Assembly: GCF_036321535.1 (NCBI RefSeq)
Contig: NC_087437.1
Span: 46,316,001 to 46,380,000, forward strand
Origin: Camelus dromedarius
Lineage: Eukaryota
Length of the DNA: 64,000 nt
Direction of reading: 5' to 3'
This document shows, one piece after another, positions 27,020 through 41,153 of this stretch; positions within the stretch are counted from its first letter, which is position 1, and every line of letters starts with the position of its first letter. A program made the translations under genes and the position numbers. Below the pieces are notes generated by a model, which searched no databases, was not told the DNA's origin, and saw nothing but the letters and a program-made list of their open reading frames with translations.

Positions 27020-27180
27020 ATAAGTAACAGTGAACTTGGAGTCAGAGAATCTGTGATTAAATCCTGGTTAGGTTTCTTAAGAGCTTTATAACATGCAGCC
27101 AAATGAGCAAATTTATCCAGGCCACAGATTTCTCATCTGTAAATGGGGAATGATAATGCTCATTTTGAAGGTTGCTGGAG
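27020..27180 (+). mobile_element. MIR SINE
   Basis: 'ttggagtcagagaatctg...gccacagatttctcatctgtaaatggggaatgataatg'. Confidence 0.75.
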
Positions 27181-29119
27181 TGGGAAGGGGATGGGAGGGG
27201 GAGCAAGTGAGAGGACATATGTGGGTTACATGCAAACTGCAAAGTATTGTACCAATGGAATGGATTCTTCTTGTTATATCCACCAATGAAAATTGGGACA
27301 TGTTTTTCTTTGGAGATATTTTACATGAATTGCTCAAAAACATTTGATAAGTTTTCAAATGAAGATTCCCCATGTTGCAACTCTCTCTAGGAAATAGTAG
27401 CCGTTTTGTTTGAGAATTTCTCAGACTTTTCTGTACCAATTAGAATAACTCTTTGAAGCCCAACAGGCCGAACTTGCTCAAGGGTCTGAAGGCATTGCCA
27501 AGGCAAGTAGTCGAGTATGTTTGTGGTACCAAGAGACTTGTGATTTCTTGTTACTTGATCCTCTTCTTAATTAGCAAGCATTGTTCCTCTATCACAGCCA
27601 GCACACACTCCTGCCAGCAAGCTGCTTTTCAGTATGAACATGCCCTGATGATAGGAATGTAAGAGGGAACACTTTTAAACAGCAGCAAAACCTAATCACT
27701 CCCAGGCAATGGGGAAACCCATCATGGTCCCTGAGAATGCATCCTGTATCACCCTTGGTAATCTTAAACTAGATATTCCTTAGATTGTACAGGGGCCATA
27801 GTTTAGATTTATTATATACAGTTTTATAGATTTTGAAACTGAGACACAAGAGGAGTAAGTGACTTGCCATAGGATACAACAGGTGATAGCTGACTCAAAA
27901 TGAAGATTGGGTCCCAGGTCTACTATCTAGAAATCATGAAAATGCCTCTTAATCTCCACCGCTTTTAAGACACTACATTTCTCTTGTTATCTCATCCTTA
28001 TTTTCTCTTGTTCTTTAGTATCTGGCATTCTGTATTCTTTCATTGCCACATTGTCTTGTTACTCATTTATGTTTCTTTACTTCTCATTTGCCTTGTGAAA
28101 TTTAACTATATTTCATCTTCATTGGATTGGGCATTTCAAGCTTCAGTCTCTGTGGTGCTGTTACTTGCACAATGACTCCAGTGAAATTAAGAAAAGGTTT
28201 ACTCCGTGTGTGTGGTGTGTTGGGGGTGAGTAGCAACATACGATACTTTTATATTTACCTGTCAACATGCACTTAGGAAAGGAAAATAAAACAAAGAACA
28301 TTGGAAGAGCAAATAATTAATTGTTCACTAATAGAAGGTTGAGTCACTGGCAAAAAGGAAGAGATAGCTCTAGAGAATCAGGGACATAATTAGGTCCAGG
28401 GAGGCAAAAAGTCTGATACAGATGGTGGGAACTCCAGGGGAGGGTACATCATGCATCAGGAAGAGATAAGAGAGGGAGGAAGAAGGATATGAAGTAGATT
28501 GTCATCCAACAATTGTATGCCAGGATGGTAGGAATGTAAGGGGAAGTACTTCCACAAAGCTCCAAAACCCAACCATTCCCAGGTAAGAGGGGAAAATCCT
28601 TAATAAATAGGCACGGTGTTGGAGGGTCTAGAGAACTGGTCCTATATGTAAAGCTGAACTATATTTCTACAGATTCCTGTATCTTTGCTAGATTTATTTC
28701 ATATGCTTTGGTCTTGTTCCAACAAACTATTCTGTAAGCTCTTTGAGGTCAGGGATCATGTTTTATTTTCTTCCAAAGCCCCTAGCACAGTACTGAGATC
28801 ATGATAAGAGTTCGTTAAACACTTGCTAACAGATTTAGCAGTTAATATTTGTTAATGGAAAAAGAAACATCAGATATGAAATGAGCACTAGTTATTGCTT
28901 AGAGGTTCCAGAGAGACTTTTTGCCACTGGAAACAATGAGAAAATAAGAAATATAGGTCCATAGGCTCTCAGCTACCTTGAGAGAACCAATGTCATATAT
29001 AGAGAGCAAGCTACCCCTTGTCATCACCCCTTCCTCCAAACATTTGCACAGGGGCAGACAAAATGAGATGGGGCAAGCTGAACTGGCCTGTTGTGTAGAA
29101 GGAACACCATCTCCACATA

Positions 29120-29420
29120 GTCCAATCAAAGCATCAGTTAACAGACTATTTCCCCGTGACTGATTCTTGATATGTTAATTATTAGGGAATCATATTTGCA
29201 TATCAAAACTGTTAAGGAATCTTAAAATGACCAATTCAAAGATGCCATTCAGTAATTTCTTGTCTCCCCCTGCCCCACTACTCTGCTTTATAAATATTGA
29301 GCCATATGTTTCAGAACATAAGCTGTCCTTGTTCAGAATAGCTCAAAATAGCTTGATTCCCCTGCACCTCTCTGGGTGCTAAATGTATTTGCATTTCAAA
29401 ATGCATGCAGGAAGTGCCTG
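29120..29420. promoter_or_regulatory. Enhancer candidate (Oct, HNF1, TCF/LEF and ETS motifs)
   Basis: ATTTGCAT at 29194 and 29387; GTTAATTATTA at 29174; ATCAAAG at 29125; TTCAAAG at 29235; CAGGAAGTG at 29408; sequence not recognised as repeat. Confidence 0.45.
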
Positions 29421-30634
29421 ATTTTACATAGTTTTTTCCCCCTGTCTCTCAGCAACTTTCCTCTTCTCTAATCTAGCTTAGTTCAGTCAACTAACCTGAA
29501 CTTTCAGTGTAGTTCCATTCATCACTACTACATCTCAGCTGCTCAGTCTTCCTGTCATTTTCTTACCATTTTATGACTAAAAAGGAGACTAATGGAGAAC
29601 TCTCTTAGCCCTGTGTGGAGCTGGATACAGTTATTTTTTATATACAGGAGGTTTCTAAGCAATGTTTGAAGTGAACAGACCATGATGTCACACTCAGTGT
29701 GCCAGAGACCCTCTTCAAATTTGACTTCCCTAAAACAAACATGGAAAGCATCAGCAAGAATGAGGGCTCCTATCTCTGATTTTCTGATTGGCTCAATGAA
29801 CCAAGGTGTATTGAATGAATACCTCTCCTCCTTCAAAATGGTTTCCTAGGGAAGTGCAGGCTCCAAGGACTAAACTGATTAAGTGGAAAATAAATGACTG
29901 TCTAAGGCTCATTGGAAAAGGAGTGCTGCTGAGTTTCTACTCTGCGAGATTATCTGAGATGATGTCATGCCATGGAAAATATGAGGGCATTCTCTGGTTA
30001 TTAGAGATTTTTTTGTTTGTTGTGTTTGATATCTTATGGAAAAGGATAGGTCGTATGAGTAAAGATATTTCTTCAGAGTAATTGACTTGAAATGGTCACA
30101 TATTGACCAGTTGAGCTCAGATTGCTTGAGGATGGTGACCTAGTAAAAGTGGAGAGTATATAAGTAAAGTGATCTTTTGATGGAGACCAAAGAAATATCT
30201 GCCAGTGTCTAGTCCATCTATTTATTGGCTCCCATGTCATTTCCCACTTCCACACTTCTGGACACTCTGAGAGCCTCCTCTCAGAAACAGTCTGCTCTCT
30301 TTCTGCTAGTTCAAGTGCTACCCATCCCTCAATGCCAGCTCAAATCTCTCTTTCTCTAAAACATTCTCCTTCCTTGTCCCTAAATGTTATTTTCCTCCTC
30401 TAAACATGGCATTCTTTTCCTTAGAATTCACCTGACACTTGGTTTTTATGACATCAACTTGTTTAACTGATTACCTACGTGTATAGTAACGTACACAAAT
30501 CTTAAGGATCAGTGTCCATCACCTGGATCAAGATAAGAATGAAAGATTTCCATCCCGTGCTAAAGGTATTGGCTCTATTTTCATGTTATTTATTCTCCAG
30601 TATCAACTGTAAAAGCTGCAGGGGCAGAGATCAT

Positions 30635-31135
30635 GTATCTCAGGGTCAGGGCAGAAGACAGATGGCATACTCAAAGAGGCTTGACTGAAATACCTTAACA
30701 AAGGGCCTGTCTACAGAAGTTTGGGAGTCAGCAAGAAATTGTGAGGCACCCAGAGACTAGTAACAGTTGGAAATGATTACGAGCTCTAGGTCTGAAGAAG
30801 AGAACTTTTACTTGTTGTGAAGGCCTGGTGAGAGCTTGAGCCTCTCAGAAGGGAAATGACATCTGACAGCAACTGTAGCCTAAAGGATCCCAACCACTGT
30901 CTGAACCCAAGCCAGGTGGGGAGGGAGCTTGGAGATAAAGACTCTGACTTCTGCTTAGGCAACCCTTTGATCTCTTGCTGGTGCCTTCCACTGGTCAAAC
31001 CCAACTGTAAACCAGAGGATGAGGGGACCCAGATCATATAGTTGAGCGTAGAGGTCAACCTCCTTGGGAACAAAGCAGGGCAGAGAAACGTGGAGAATGG
31101 ATTTGGGAGTATAAAGGGCAAACAGGCAATAACCA
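30635..31135 (-). mobile_element. ERVL LTR (LTR33-like)
   Basis: 'ccactggtcaaacccaactgtaaaccagaggatgaggggaccc...agaggtcaacctccttgggaacaaagcagggcagagaaacgtggagaatggatttgg' matches recalled LTR33; orientation less certain. Confidence 0.7.
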
Positions 31136-34100
31136 GAGAAGATAGCCTTACGCTTCTGTGGCCACTCCAACACTTGCCATATTATCTTACTCAAAGGAAA
31201 TGATCGATCCATTGCTTGTTGCTTGAACTATTAATCAATTTATAGACAGGTAATTGCTTTTATTGAAAATTGTGGGTCAGCAATAGCAATTGCCCAATTC
31301 CTTAAAAGGAATGGGAGCTGCCAGCTGTGAATTAGAAGTTCTGTTTGGAATGATCAGATTTGCGAAGGGAAAAAGGTAAAAGGATGGCTTTTCTCCAGAA
31401 CTGTGCTGCTGATTCAGGGTTTCAGAGATACCTAACAACTTATATTTTCAATGTAGCCTTTGTGCCACCAGTGTTAGGATCACTCAGGTTCTTCACAAAT
31501 CATTAAACATTTGTTAATGCAATTGTTGTATTGGCTCTCTTTTTAATGCAATTAAATGAAAAGCTGAAAACACTTTCTATATAACATTTGGTGGGAAAAT
31601 ATGATGACTTTGATCTCTTAGTGTTGTTTAGCTGGTGGTGCCTCAGTGTTGTAATAGTGGTGAGTGTGGTCCCTGGCTGACTGTGGGGTTTTGGTGGGAA
31701 GGCATTTAACTTCCTTGTGTGTCCACAAAATAAAGACCATGGCATCATTTAATGGGAAATATTTCTTATAGAATTTGTGTTCATCTTCAGAAGAAGTTTT
31801 TCACTGGTATTACATAAATGCAAACCTTTTTCTGAGTATATACTTAATCAGTATTTACTAAAGAATATTAAGTGATGCCATTTTGTCCAAAATATGAATT
31901 AAACTCCTGGCAAACTTTAAAATGTTTTGGAAGCAGAGAGAAGAGTCTGTTGGAAGCTTCCATTTAGTTTCAAAGGAAAACAGAACAAATGAGAATCCTG
32001 GAAAGGTGATACCACCCAGGAGTCCTGCCAAGCCAAGGTGAAGCTTTTGTGAATCTGGGCTCTCTTACATCTTATTTCCTATTCACTAGTTCCAAGGAAC
32101 TCTTAACTTGTCAGGAGGCTTGTAGATAATGGCTATACTTGGTAGTATCTTGTGCTGATTTTCAGGACGTCTCAACTGAAGCAGCTAGAGAAAGGAGCCA
32201 GGCAGCATCTTTACACTTAACCCCATGGAGGGAGAGTTCCTACAGGTTCCTGTGAACACCTGGGTCACACTGGAATGATTTGCTTCACCTGTCACTGCCC
32301 TCATGCAGCTTTCATACAGTTCTTCTTGTTTGCAGTTGTGAACTGCAGTTTTACTCAGTTCATGTCATCTTAGCCCTCTTACAAAGATGACTTCATGAGC
32401 TGGGGGAGTCCTCTCCCTGCCTTCAGAAGTCTTCCTGTTGTCTCTTTGTCTACTCTGACTTTTGTCTGTTGTCTGGCTTGTTTGCCTCCATCACACAGTC
32501 TGCTCCGTGGTGTTCTGAAAGGCTGCTTGGTGCCTTCTTCAGTGGTTCAGCTTTGGCCTTTGCCTTGGACACAGTCCTCCTGTTTGCCATTCTATTCTAT
32601 ACACTTAGAAAACCTTCCACAGCTTGCTTCACCTGGTCCCTCACTAGAAAAGAGCGTAAGACAAGCCTTTGAAAAAACTCACTGTATAAACTGTTTCAGT
32701 AGCTTAATTTAGGAGAAAATTTTGAGTTTTACCAACAGAGATTGAGAGTTCTGCTGTGGTAATGGATATGCTGAAGAAGAAATTTTGGATTCTTAGCTTT
32801 GAATAGGATTACAGAGAGAGGGAGAGAAGGAAGGAGGGAAGAGGAATGGGAGGTAGAAGAGAGAGGAAGAAGAATACTACCTGTTGGCCAAGCACCAAGG
32901 AGAGAATATTATATTCCTTCTAGCTCACAGTGTTTCTGGACTCCACTGTCTGGCTCATCGAAAGTAAACACAATGAAATAATAATCTAAGAAAAACCCAA
33001 GGAGGCAAACATCCTTGGAAAGTATCATAATGCATGCAAATAGGTGCTTTAGATGATCTCTGCCATGATCGCTCTGCATTACTTCAAATAAACGATAGAG
33101 TTCATGCTGTAGTTGATATGTGGTAGCTGATAATCCCCCCATAATGTGCTCACAGAACTTAGAGACAAAGTCAGGTTAAATTCTCTTTGACGTGTAAAAG
33201 AAACATTCAACTTACAGCCACCTCAGGAAGACATGTTTTGTAGTCATTACTAAAGAGAGAAAGTAATTCTGAAATCTTCCAAATGTACAGGATCTTAACA
33301 AGAATACGTCCTGAAGAAGAAATGGAGTGTAGCTGAAATCTGTTAACACCCACAGTTGTTTGTAACTTGTTTGGCGTAAGTAATGGTGTATGGGTGATAG
33401 GCAGGCTCTAATTTTCTGAGTCCTCCCCACTTTGGATATTGAAATTCAGTGAAATGGTGACTCGAGGAGAAGGGATTCTAAGGTTTGTGGGCAGACACAA
33501 ATATCCTTGGAATGGAGAAGGGAAATTGATTAGGCTGCTGTGGCTTAGTAACATCCATCTTCTTTGTTATGTTTCTAAAATCATCAGGAAGCCTTCTGAT
33601 CTGTAATTTAATTTCCTGTGTAGCTCTACCTACCAGAAGGAAGTTGAGACAGTTGGCCTAGCTCCTGGACCAAGCCATGTCTCCAGATCTAAATTAATAA
33701 ATTGGCATCCTGTTTAGTGTATCAGACTCTGGATTTCCTTTGCATGAATCTGACACCAGACATGATACATCTCTAGACAAGCTTAAAATTGGCCAGTGGG
33801 ATCTAGGAAAGGACTTTTTGTGTTTGGGGGTTGGGTGGGAGTGGACAGACATATATGTAATTACAGAGGAAGAAAGCTCATGGCATTTTTTGAATTCTCA
33901 AGTGGGACCTGACACAGAAGGCTGAAGATCCCCATGACATTATATTGAAGCTGAGACCACACCTGGGCCTGGAATGACCCTTTCCAGAACTGGACACAGG
34001 AAAGTCTCTGCCTAAAGCTATCAGTGACACTTTCATCACACCTTTTAGATGAGGTAGATTGTACCCTTCTGGGAGTCCAAAGTGCTTGATTCAATCTTTA

Positions 34101-34439
34101 AAGGAAGTAAATTATTCCACTGCCCTGGAGCACCTTTTTACAGAATGGTACCCATGAACTCAGTGATTTCCACTAGTGTCTTATGAGCAGTTACATTGAA
34201 GCTCTCCCCTGCTTATGTTAACAGCAAGCTGTTTAATTAAAGAAACAAACAAACAAACAAAAAAAACCCCCAGAACTTGAGAGAAGAGATGGAAAGAGGA
34301 TAGAGAGAATGGGAAAAGAAAACCCATCTCATCTGGCTGGAGAAAAGCACTCTTTCATTTCACATCTGTTCTGTGTAGTATTATTTTACTCCCTAGCTTT
34401 AAGAAATTAATGATGACATAGATATTTCAATTTATGACT

Positions 34440-34915
34440 ATTTCCTTTTTGTTTTTCTTTTACTCATTTTTAAATATAGTTTATTTTTATTGAAGTATTT
34501 GATTTACAATGTTGTATTAGTTTCAGGTGTACAGCAAAGTGATTCAATTATACATACATATATTCTTTTTTCAGATTCTTTTCCAATATAGGTTATTATA
34601 AGATATTGAATATAGTTCCTTGTGCTATACAGTAGGTCCTTGTTGTTTATCTATTTTATATATAATAGTGTATATATGTTAATCCCAAATTCCTAATTTA
34701 TCCCTTCCCCTCACCCCTTTCCTTTTGGGAGCCAATTTGTTTTCTATGTCTGTGAGTCTATTTCCATTTGTATCATTTATTTTTTAGATTGCACATGTAA
34801 GTGATATCATACAATATTTGTCTTTCTCTGACTTACTTAATATGATAATCTCTAGGTCCATTCATGTTGCTACAAATGGCATTATTTCATTCTTTTTTGT
34901 GGCTGAGTAATATTC

Positions 34916-34971
<56 letters not shown>

Positions 34972-35237
34972 CACATCTTTATCCAGTCATCAGTCAATGG
35001 ACATTTAGGTTGCTTCCATGTCTTGGCTGTTGTAAATAATGCTGCTATGAATATTGGGGTGCATGTATCTTCTCAAGTTAGAGTTTTCTCTGGATATATG
35101 TCCAGGAATGGGATTACTGGATCATATGGCAACTCTATTTGTAGTTTTTTAAGGAACCTTCGTACTGTTCGCCATAGTGGCTGCACCAATTTACATTCCC
35201 ACCAACAGTGTAGGAGAGTTCCCTTTTCTCCACACCC
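34440..35237 (-). mobile_element. L1 3' end with internal (TG)n
   Basis: T-rich tail, L1 3' UTR and ORF2 C-terminus; (TG)n at 34918-34968; probable TSD tcaa(t/c)ttatgact at 34427 and 35238. Confidence 0.92.
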
Positions 35238-37126
35238 TCAACTTATGACTTTATTTTCTTAACATCCCAAGACAAGCCTATCTTCTCTCTTTTAGGAAAA
35301 TCGTCATTCTGTACAAGGTATTTACAGATATTTCCCCATTACTACAGCACAGTGAGGGAATCCTCAAATATAAGTTCTAAGTGCTGATAACAAAAGAACA
35401 ATGAGCTTCAGAAGAGAAGGAAAAAAGAAGCTTAAAATTCTTGTTTTATGCTTGTGAAAAGCAGTCTTGTTAGAAGGTAGTCAAGAATCATGTTAAATGC
35501 CTCATCAACTCTGGGCCCACAAGGACAAACTGTAATTAATAATAAGTTTTTTAGAAACTCAAGACTGACAAACAGAAAAATTATAAAATGAGTTGGTTAA
35601 GAAACACTAGTAATTAGTTCAGGCAATTCTAGTGCATTGAGCACATCTTAACTGGGAGGAGGTAGCTCAGCTTACACAGGGTAGCCAGGAATGGAGTTCT
35701 AGGATGCAGAGGACAGAGGGGGAGACATATCCAGGCTGAACAGCACAGCTCGGCTACATGTGTGTATGTGCACAGTGATTTGTTTTTTTCAAACACAAAC
35801 CCAGTCGCTTTTCAGGCTAAAAGACCAACACATTTTACTGGAAAAATATAAAAACGACCAGGCTAGTGACAACGACAACATCCCAGAATGTTTATCCTTC
35901 TTTGGAAGCAATTCAAATTCTGAGCATTGATATGGATTTCTGAATGGATACATTTATAAGATAAATGAGTGAAAACATGGCCACCTAAACTAAGTAAATC
36001 TGAACCTTGAGTGATTTTTATAATTGAATATTAATCTTTTACTGTGGAAGTTTATGATGTAGCCCTATCAAGTCTAATTCAAGTTTCTTGGAACAGTAAA
36101 AAGTACCACAGGGAATGATGAAAGCTGTTGAAATTATGGTCATTTGACTTAAAAAAAATTTTTTTCCCCAAGGGGCCAGGGGTCATTTCCTCCATATTGT
36201 TTGTTTCTTTGGGTTCAGATTGCTGCTAGCCTTCTGAGGCAGTATGAAAGTGAACTGTGGAAGAACAAATCTTTTCAAGTCAAATGCAAACAATTCCACC
36301 TTAAAACAGCAGAACTCACCTTAAGGCAGCTTTTGGCAGCCTGCCATCACAGGGCATGAAAGCTGCACTTTAATCAAAAGGATGTACATTCTTTATGCAG
36401 GCTGTGGAAAGAACAGCTGGGAAGAGGCTTTATTGATTCTTTTTATTTCCCTCTCCTCTTCACCCCTTCCCCCACCCTTTCTAACAAACACATTTAAAAT
36501 TTACTGGCAGACAGGTGATTTTTTTTTTTTTAATTTTCTGTAACCTGTTGGAATAAAAACTTTTCCCTTCCAAGGGACCCATAGATTGAAAACATCCTAA
36601 TGGGGCTACCAGCTGCACCCTAATATTGCTTTTACCTTGGGCCCTGGCAATCTTAGCCAAACAAAGATCCCCAGAGAAAAGGGAAAAGTGAAATGCCCTG
36701 GGCAGAATGCCCTGCTATTTCACTGGGGGCTGGATAGAGTAGCCCAGTTTCAGTCCAGGATTAAGAGTGCTGAGTGCTCTGGTTTTAAGAGATAAAGATA
36801 CTAAAAATCAGACACAGTTCTACCTCTTAGCGATGGTAGTACTTACAGGGGCTATAAAGGGTGGCTATAATTGCACATAATTTTTACTGCTGAACGAAGA
36901 GAGAAGGAACTGAGGGATGCATGAGATTTGGGCATATCAGCAGCACACATCAGCAGTAATCACTAATGCCAGCAATCATCTCTGGAGACAGAGGACCACA
37001 GGACAGTATAGACATTATATTTTTGAGTATAAAAATAATCTTCATAGGCTTTGGGGACCAAAAAATATGTGAGGAGCAGCTTATCACTTTAGAAGACCTA
37101 ATAAATCTCTTTTTTATGTGCAAAAG

Positions 37127-37310
37127 CAGAGGTACATATTGGGGACCTGAGCCTCAAATCCAACTTTCAGACCTGTTTGTTTTGGCCTTAACAGTATCTT
37201 TTAACAAGTTTTTGAATTAGTGTTAACATTTGAAATTTAGGAGTACCTATATAGGTACAGGTTTTCAGCTTCTCTTGAAAGATTGTATATCTGGCACATG
37301 GAGTGTATAA
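37127..37310. mobile_element. hAT-Charlie remnant (MER102-like)
   Basis: 'aaatccaactttcagacctgtttgttttggcc...ttttcagcttctcttgaaag...atctggcac'. Confidence 0.45.
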
Positions 37311-38121
37311 TCCAGATGAAAATAGTTGCTGGATCTAGATAGTAGGTCCATCAGATGAGGCAAGTGCTAGTTAGATGGCCAAGCCTTGCCCTTCTGCTTA
37401 TGGGGTCTGCCTGCCTAGGTAGGCATTTAAGTGAAAGCCACTGAGGCAAATGAGTTCAATTACCAAGGAGCTACTGAGCATCTTCTACCCATGTGCAGAA
37501 TCCATTATGGTACTTTCTAGTCAAAAACTTTCCATAGTTCTCCATTGCCAGTGCAATAAGGTCCAGACTCTTCAGCTTGGAATGAAATCTCCTAACCTTT
37601 GGTATTGTTCACTTGTTGTGGGTTTTCTTCCCACATACAGTAAAATCCACATACAGTAGAATCGTCTCATGTCACTGGTTTGTTATTTCTCATTAATTCC
37701 CTGCACCCTCTCCTCTGAGTTGGTGCTTCTGACCATCCTTGTCCCACCTTCTTCCACTTATTTGGTGGGGAAGTCCCCCTCCTCTGCGGGGTCCAGGTCA
37801 AGCCCGGTTCATTTAGGACAGTGCTGCTCAAATTCTCTGTGAGAAAAGGCCAGATTCCTTCTTTTTCTCTTCCTTGCTGCTTTCCTTTCTTTTTAAAATT
37901 TCTACGCTGTTCACAGACATACAAAGCACAAGTCGTAATTTTTTATTATTAGACTCAGGAGACATGATTTTACTTTGTCAATGGCTATAAGCGATTCTAA
38001 ATGTTTATTCTCAATTTCTGCATTTATTTCATATGTAACCAACACCTGTCCTTGGACCACACATTGAATAGCGTTTCTCAGATGCTCTCAGGTAAACTAA
38101 CCTCCTTGTTACCTGCATTCG

Positions 38122-38197
38122 CTGTCTACACCTCCACCGCAGAAGACTGTATTAAAACTGTCTACACCTCCACTCAAGCAGACTATATTAGAGCTGT
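38122..38197. repeat. 36-bp tandem duplication (2 units)
   Basis: ctgtctacacctccaccgcagaagactgtattaaaa / ctgtctacacctccactcaagcagactatattagag. Confidence 0.9.
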
Positions 38198-40524
38198 TCC
38201 ACTCTCTGCCTATTCCATTTTAAACCTCAGGAGGACAAGAGCTCTGTTGAACTCATCCCACTCATTTTGGCCCTTCTAGACCCATTTGTAAAGGGAAAGG
38301 ATTCAGTAAATGTTGAATTTTCAGCTCTGCTGCTAGGAGGCAGGGTGAGAGGATTCAAATTATGTAGCCTTCAAGGAGCTCGTGGTAATCCGAAGAGAGG
38401 ACTAACCTACATAAAGCCACAGTAAATAATACACAATAAATACGTGCTGGAGCTTGTGATACATCTTATGAAAATGGTGTCGATAAGTAGAAAACAGAGT
38501 CCTCAGTGGAAGCTCGACCAGTCATAGAAGATTTTAAGCTAGAACTTAAGAGAGACCTCCCTGTTGCAGATGGCAGCCCTAAGTGGAAGCCTCTCTGGGG
38601 AAGGTGCTCTGTGCTTCAGTGTGCTCCTTTTCAAAGCGAGGAGTTGGATTAGAGGATCTCCCTGATCTCTGTTATTCTGTGATTCTAAGATGAAAGTGAT
38701 AGCATTGTGCACCTACTATGTACATAGTTGGTAGGAAATAGTTAGAATGCACACATCCTTTCATCATTTCTCCCTATCTGCCATTAGGTAAAAATATGAC
38801 TTTGACCTATTTCTTTATAACAAACTTCTAAATAACAAATATGACAATCCAGAGCCTAATTTATCAGCCACTCGTTAATTAATATCCACTCTATTGAAAT
38901 GTTAAAGGAATTTGACACATCCCTGGGAATTTGTGATCATGGGATTTGACTGGTTCTGCCTTTGGTCATTCCTATATTTCTCTTTATTTTATTGGCAAAA
39001 AGAAAGGAGTTATTGTAGCATAGGCTTGAATCCCACTTGTAGGACCTGTAGAGAACCAACCAACCCAGAGTGTCTTCTGTTTTGTCTCTCCTTTGACCTC
39101 CTTCCAGGTACCTATGGTGAAATGGCTCAGTTCCCTGAAATGAGGGGACAGGGAATGGCAGCTGGGTTTGGATACCTCCTTTTCCTCCTTTGGCTATGGC
39201 CTAGGAAAATGGACCCACTCTTTCATTCACACAAACCAGTTCATTATATGTTTTGAGGATGTTGGCTAGGGGAATGGTAGGCCAGTCAGTAGGGTAGAAA
39301 ATTAGAAATGTGTTTTTATTTTCCCCTTCCCTCCCTGCTGAGCTATTGGAACTGGTGTAGAAAGAGGATAGTAAGATTCAACTGCCCCTTTTGGGAGGAG
39401 TGAGGATCAGAGGGAAAAATGTCTGCATAGGCATTTGATATCATCATCAAAAGACCATTAGAAGCTCACTGATTAAAAGGCCACTGCAGACTTCAGTGAC
39501 AACTTAGATACTTAGAAATTTTTGAAGGGGGAGCCAAATGGGCAAATACATTATGTGCTTGTCATTTATGATTGGCATTGGAACTGAATTACATGGTATG
39601 AAAGAAAATAAAATTAATTTCTTCACTGTAAATGTGCTTTGTGAAACGCACTATGTAAATTATTTGCATTGTTTTTAATGTATAAAGCTATGTCTTAGAC
39701 TTGGTGAATATATATTTTTAACTTATGAAGTGTGATTGTAAATCATTTTATAGAAAGAGGCTAGCCTCTTTCTCTGGGATATATAAATTCGGGTATATCT
39801 GTTAAACAAGGCATACATTTTATTAATGATCCTGTATTGATGACCTACTATATAATAATTACGTGGGCCAATAATGATACTGCAACTGATAGTAAATTTT
39901 TGTGATACCATAGTTCACATGTATTTAATAGTACTGATTCATTTTACCTTTATTAATACTGTTATAGTGTCCATTTTACAGATGAGGAAACTAATGCACA
40001 GATTAGTCATACCTTAGACTTGATGTAGCAATGAAGTTATACGTTTCAACAAAATTGTGTGAAAGTGCAGAATTATATCCAGGAGAACTTCACTGAAGAA
40101 GCTGAGCTGTGAAAATTGAGTAGGAGTTTCCTAGACAAAGGAGGCAGGAAAGTACATTGAAATGATGACACCCTCACTAAAAACATTTCTGGAGACGTTT
40201 TCCAAAATATATGTTTAAAAATTGCCTTCAAAGGATGTGACACATCTTTAAATAGTCTCAATTGTGGCAAATCTTTTAATTTGAAGGTGTATCTGAACAC
40301 TGGAAAATGTGACAAGACATTCAGATTTAAGTTTGGTAAATGAAACCTGTCACTTTGTCAATATCGGCAAATGACTTAAAAAATACTAACTTTGGTGTGT
40401 AATTTGTATATAAATAGGCTCCAAAGCTAATTCCAAAAAAGTTTAAAGAATATTTTCAGCTTACCTTACAATTAGAATCCTAAACAATATGAATCTACAT
40501 ATGCAAATGGAAACCAACTTTCTG

Positions 40525-41153
40525 TTTTCTTTAAATTTTTAAATTTTTCTTCCAGTTTTATTGAGGTATAATTGACATACAGTACTATATTAAGTTTAAG
40601 TTGTACAGTATAATAATTTGACTTACATATATTATGAAATGATTACCACAGTGAGTTTAGTGAACATCCATCATCTCTGATACAGATACAAAATAAAAGA
40701 AGAAAAAAATTTTTCCTTGTGATAAGAACTCTTAGGATTCACTCTTAACAGTTTGTATATGCAACATTCAGTAGTGTTAATTATGTTAATCATGTTGCAC
40801 ATTACATCCCTAGTATCTATCTTATAACTGAAGTTTTTACCCTTTGAGGGAAGTAGAGGAGGGAAATTAAGAGTTACAAACATCCAATTACAAAATAAGT
40901 CAGGGGGTTGAAATATACAGTGTGGGGAATATGGCCAATAATAATGTAATATCTTTGTATGGTGACAGATGGTAACTAGACTTATCATGGTGACTGTGTA
41001 TAGATACATTGGATCACTGTTGTGCACCAGGAACTGACAGTGTTGTAGGTCAATTATACTTCAAAAAACAAACTCAGTAAAAAAGATCAGATTTGTGGTT
41101 ACTAGAAGCAGGTCAGGGGAGGGGGAATTACATGAAGGTGGTCAAAAGGTGCA
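40525..41153 (-). mobile_element. L1 3' UTR with inverted 5' portion
   Basis: A minus-strand 3' end (40525-40847, T-rich tail) is joined directly to a plus-strand L1 3' UTR segment (40848-41153). Confidence 0.85.

Noticed and set aside
29145..29203. Resemblance to the U6 snRNA distal element (ctatttccc..tga ... tcatatttgcatat)
   Set aside because: Spacing differs and no PSE, TATA or snRNA body is recognisable downstream.
35771..35801. RSS-like heptamer CACAGTG with nonamer ACACAAACC
   Set aside because: The spacer is 15 nt, not 12 or 23, and there is no V, D or J segment nearby.
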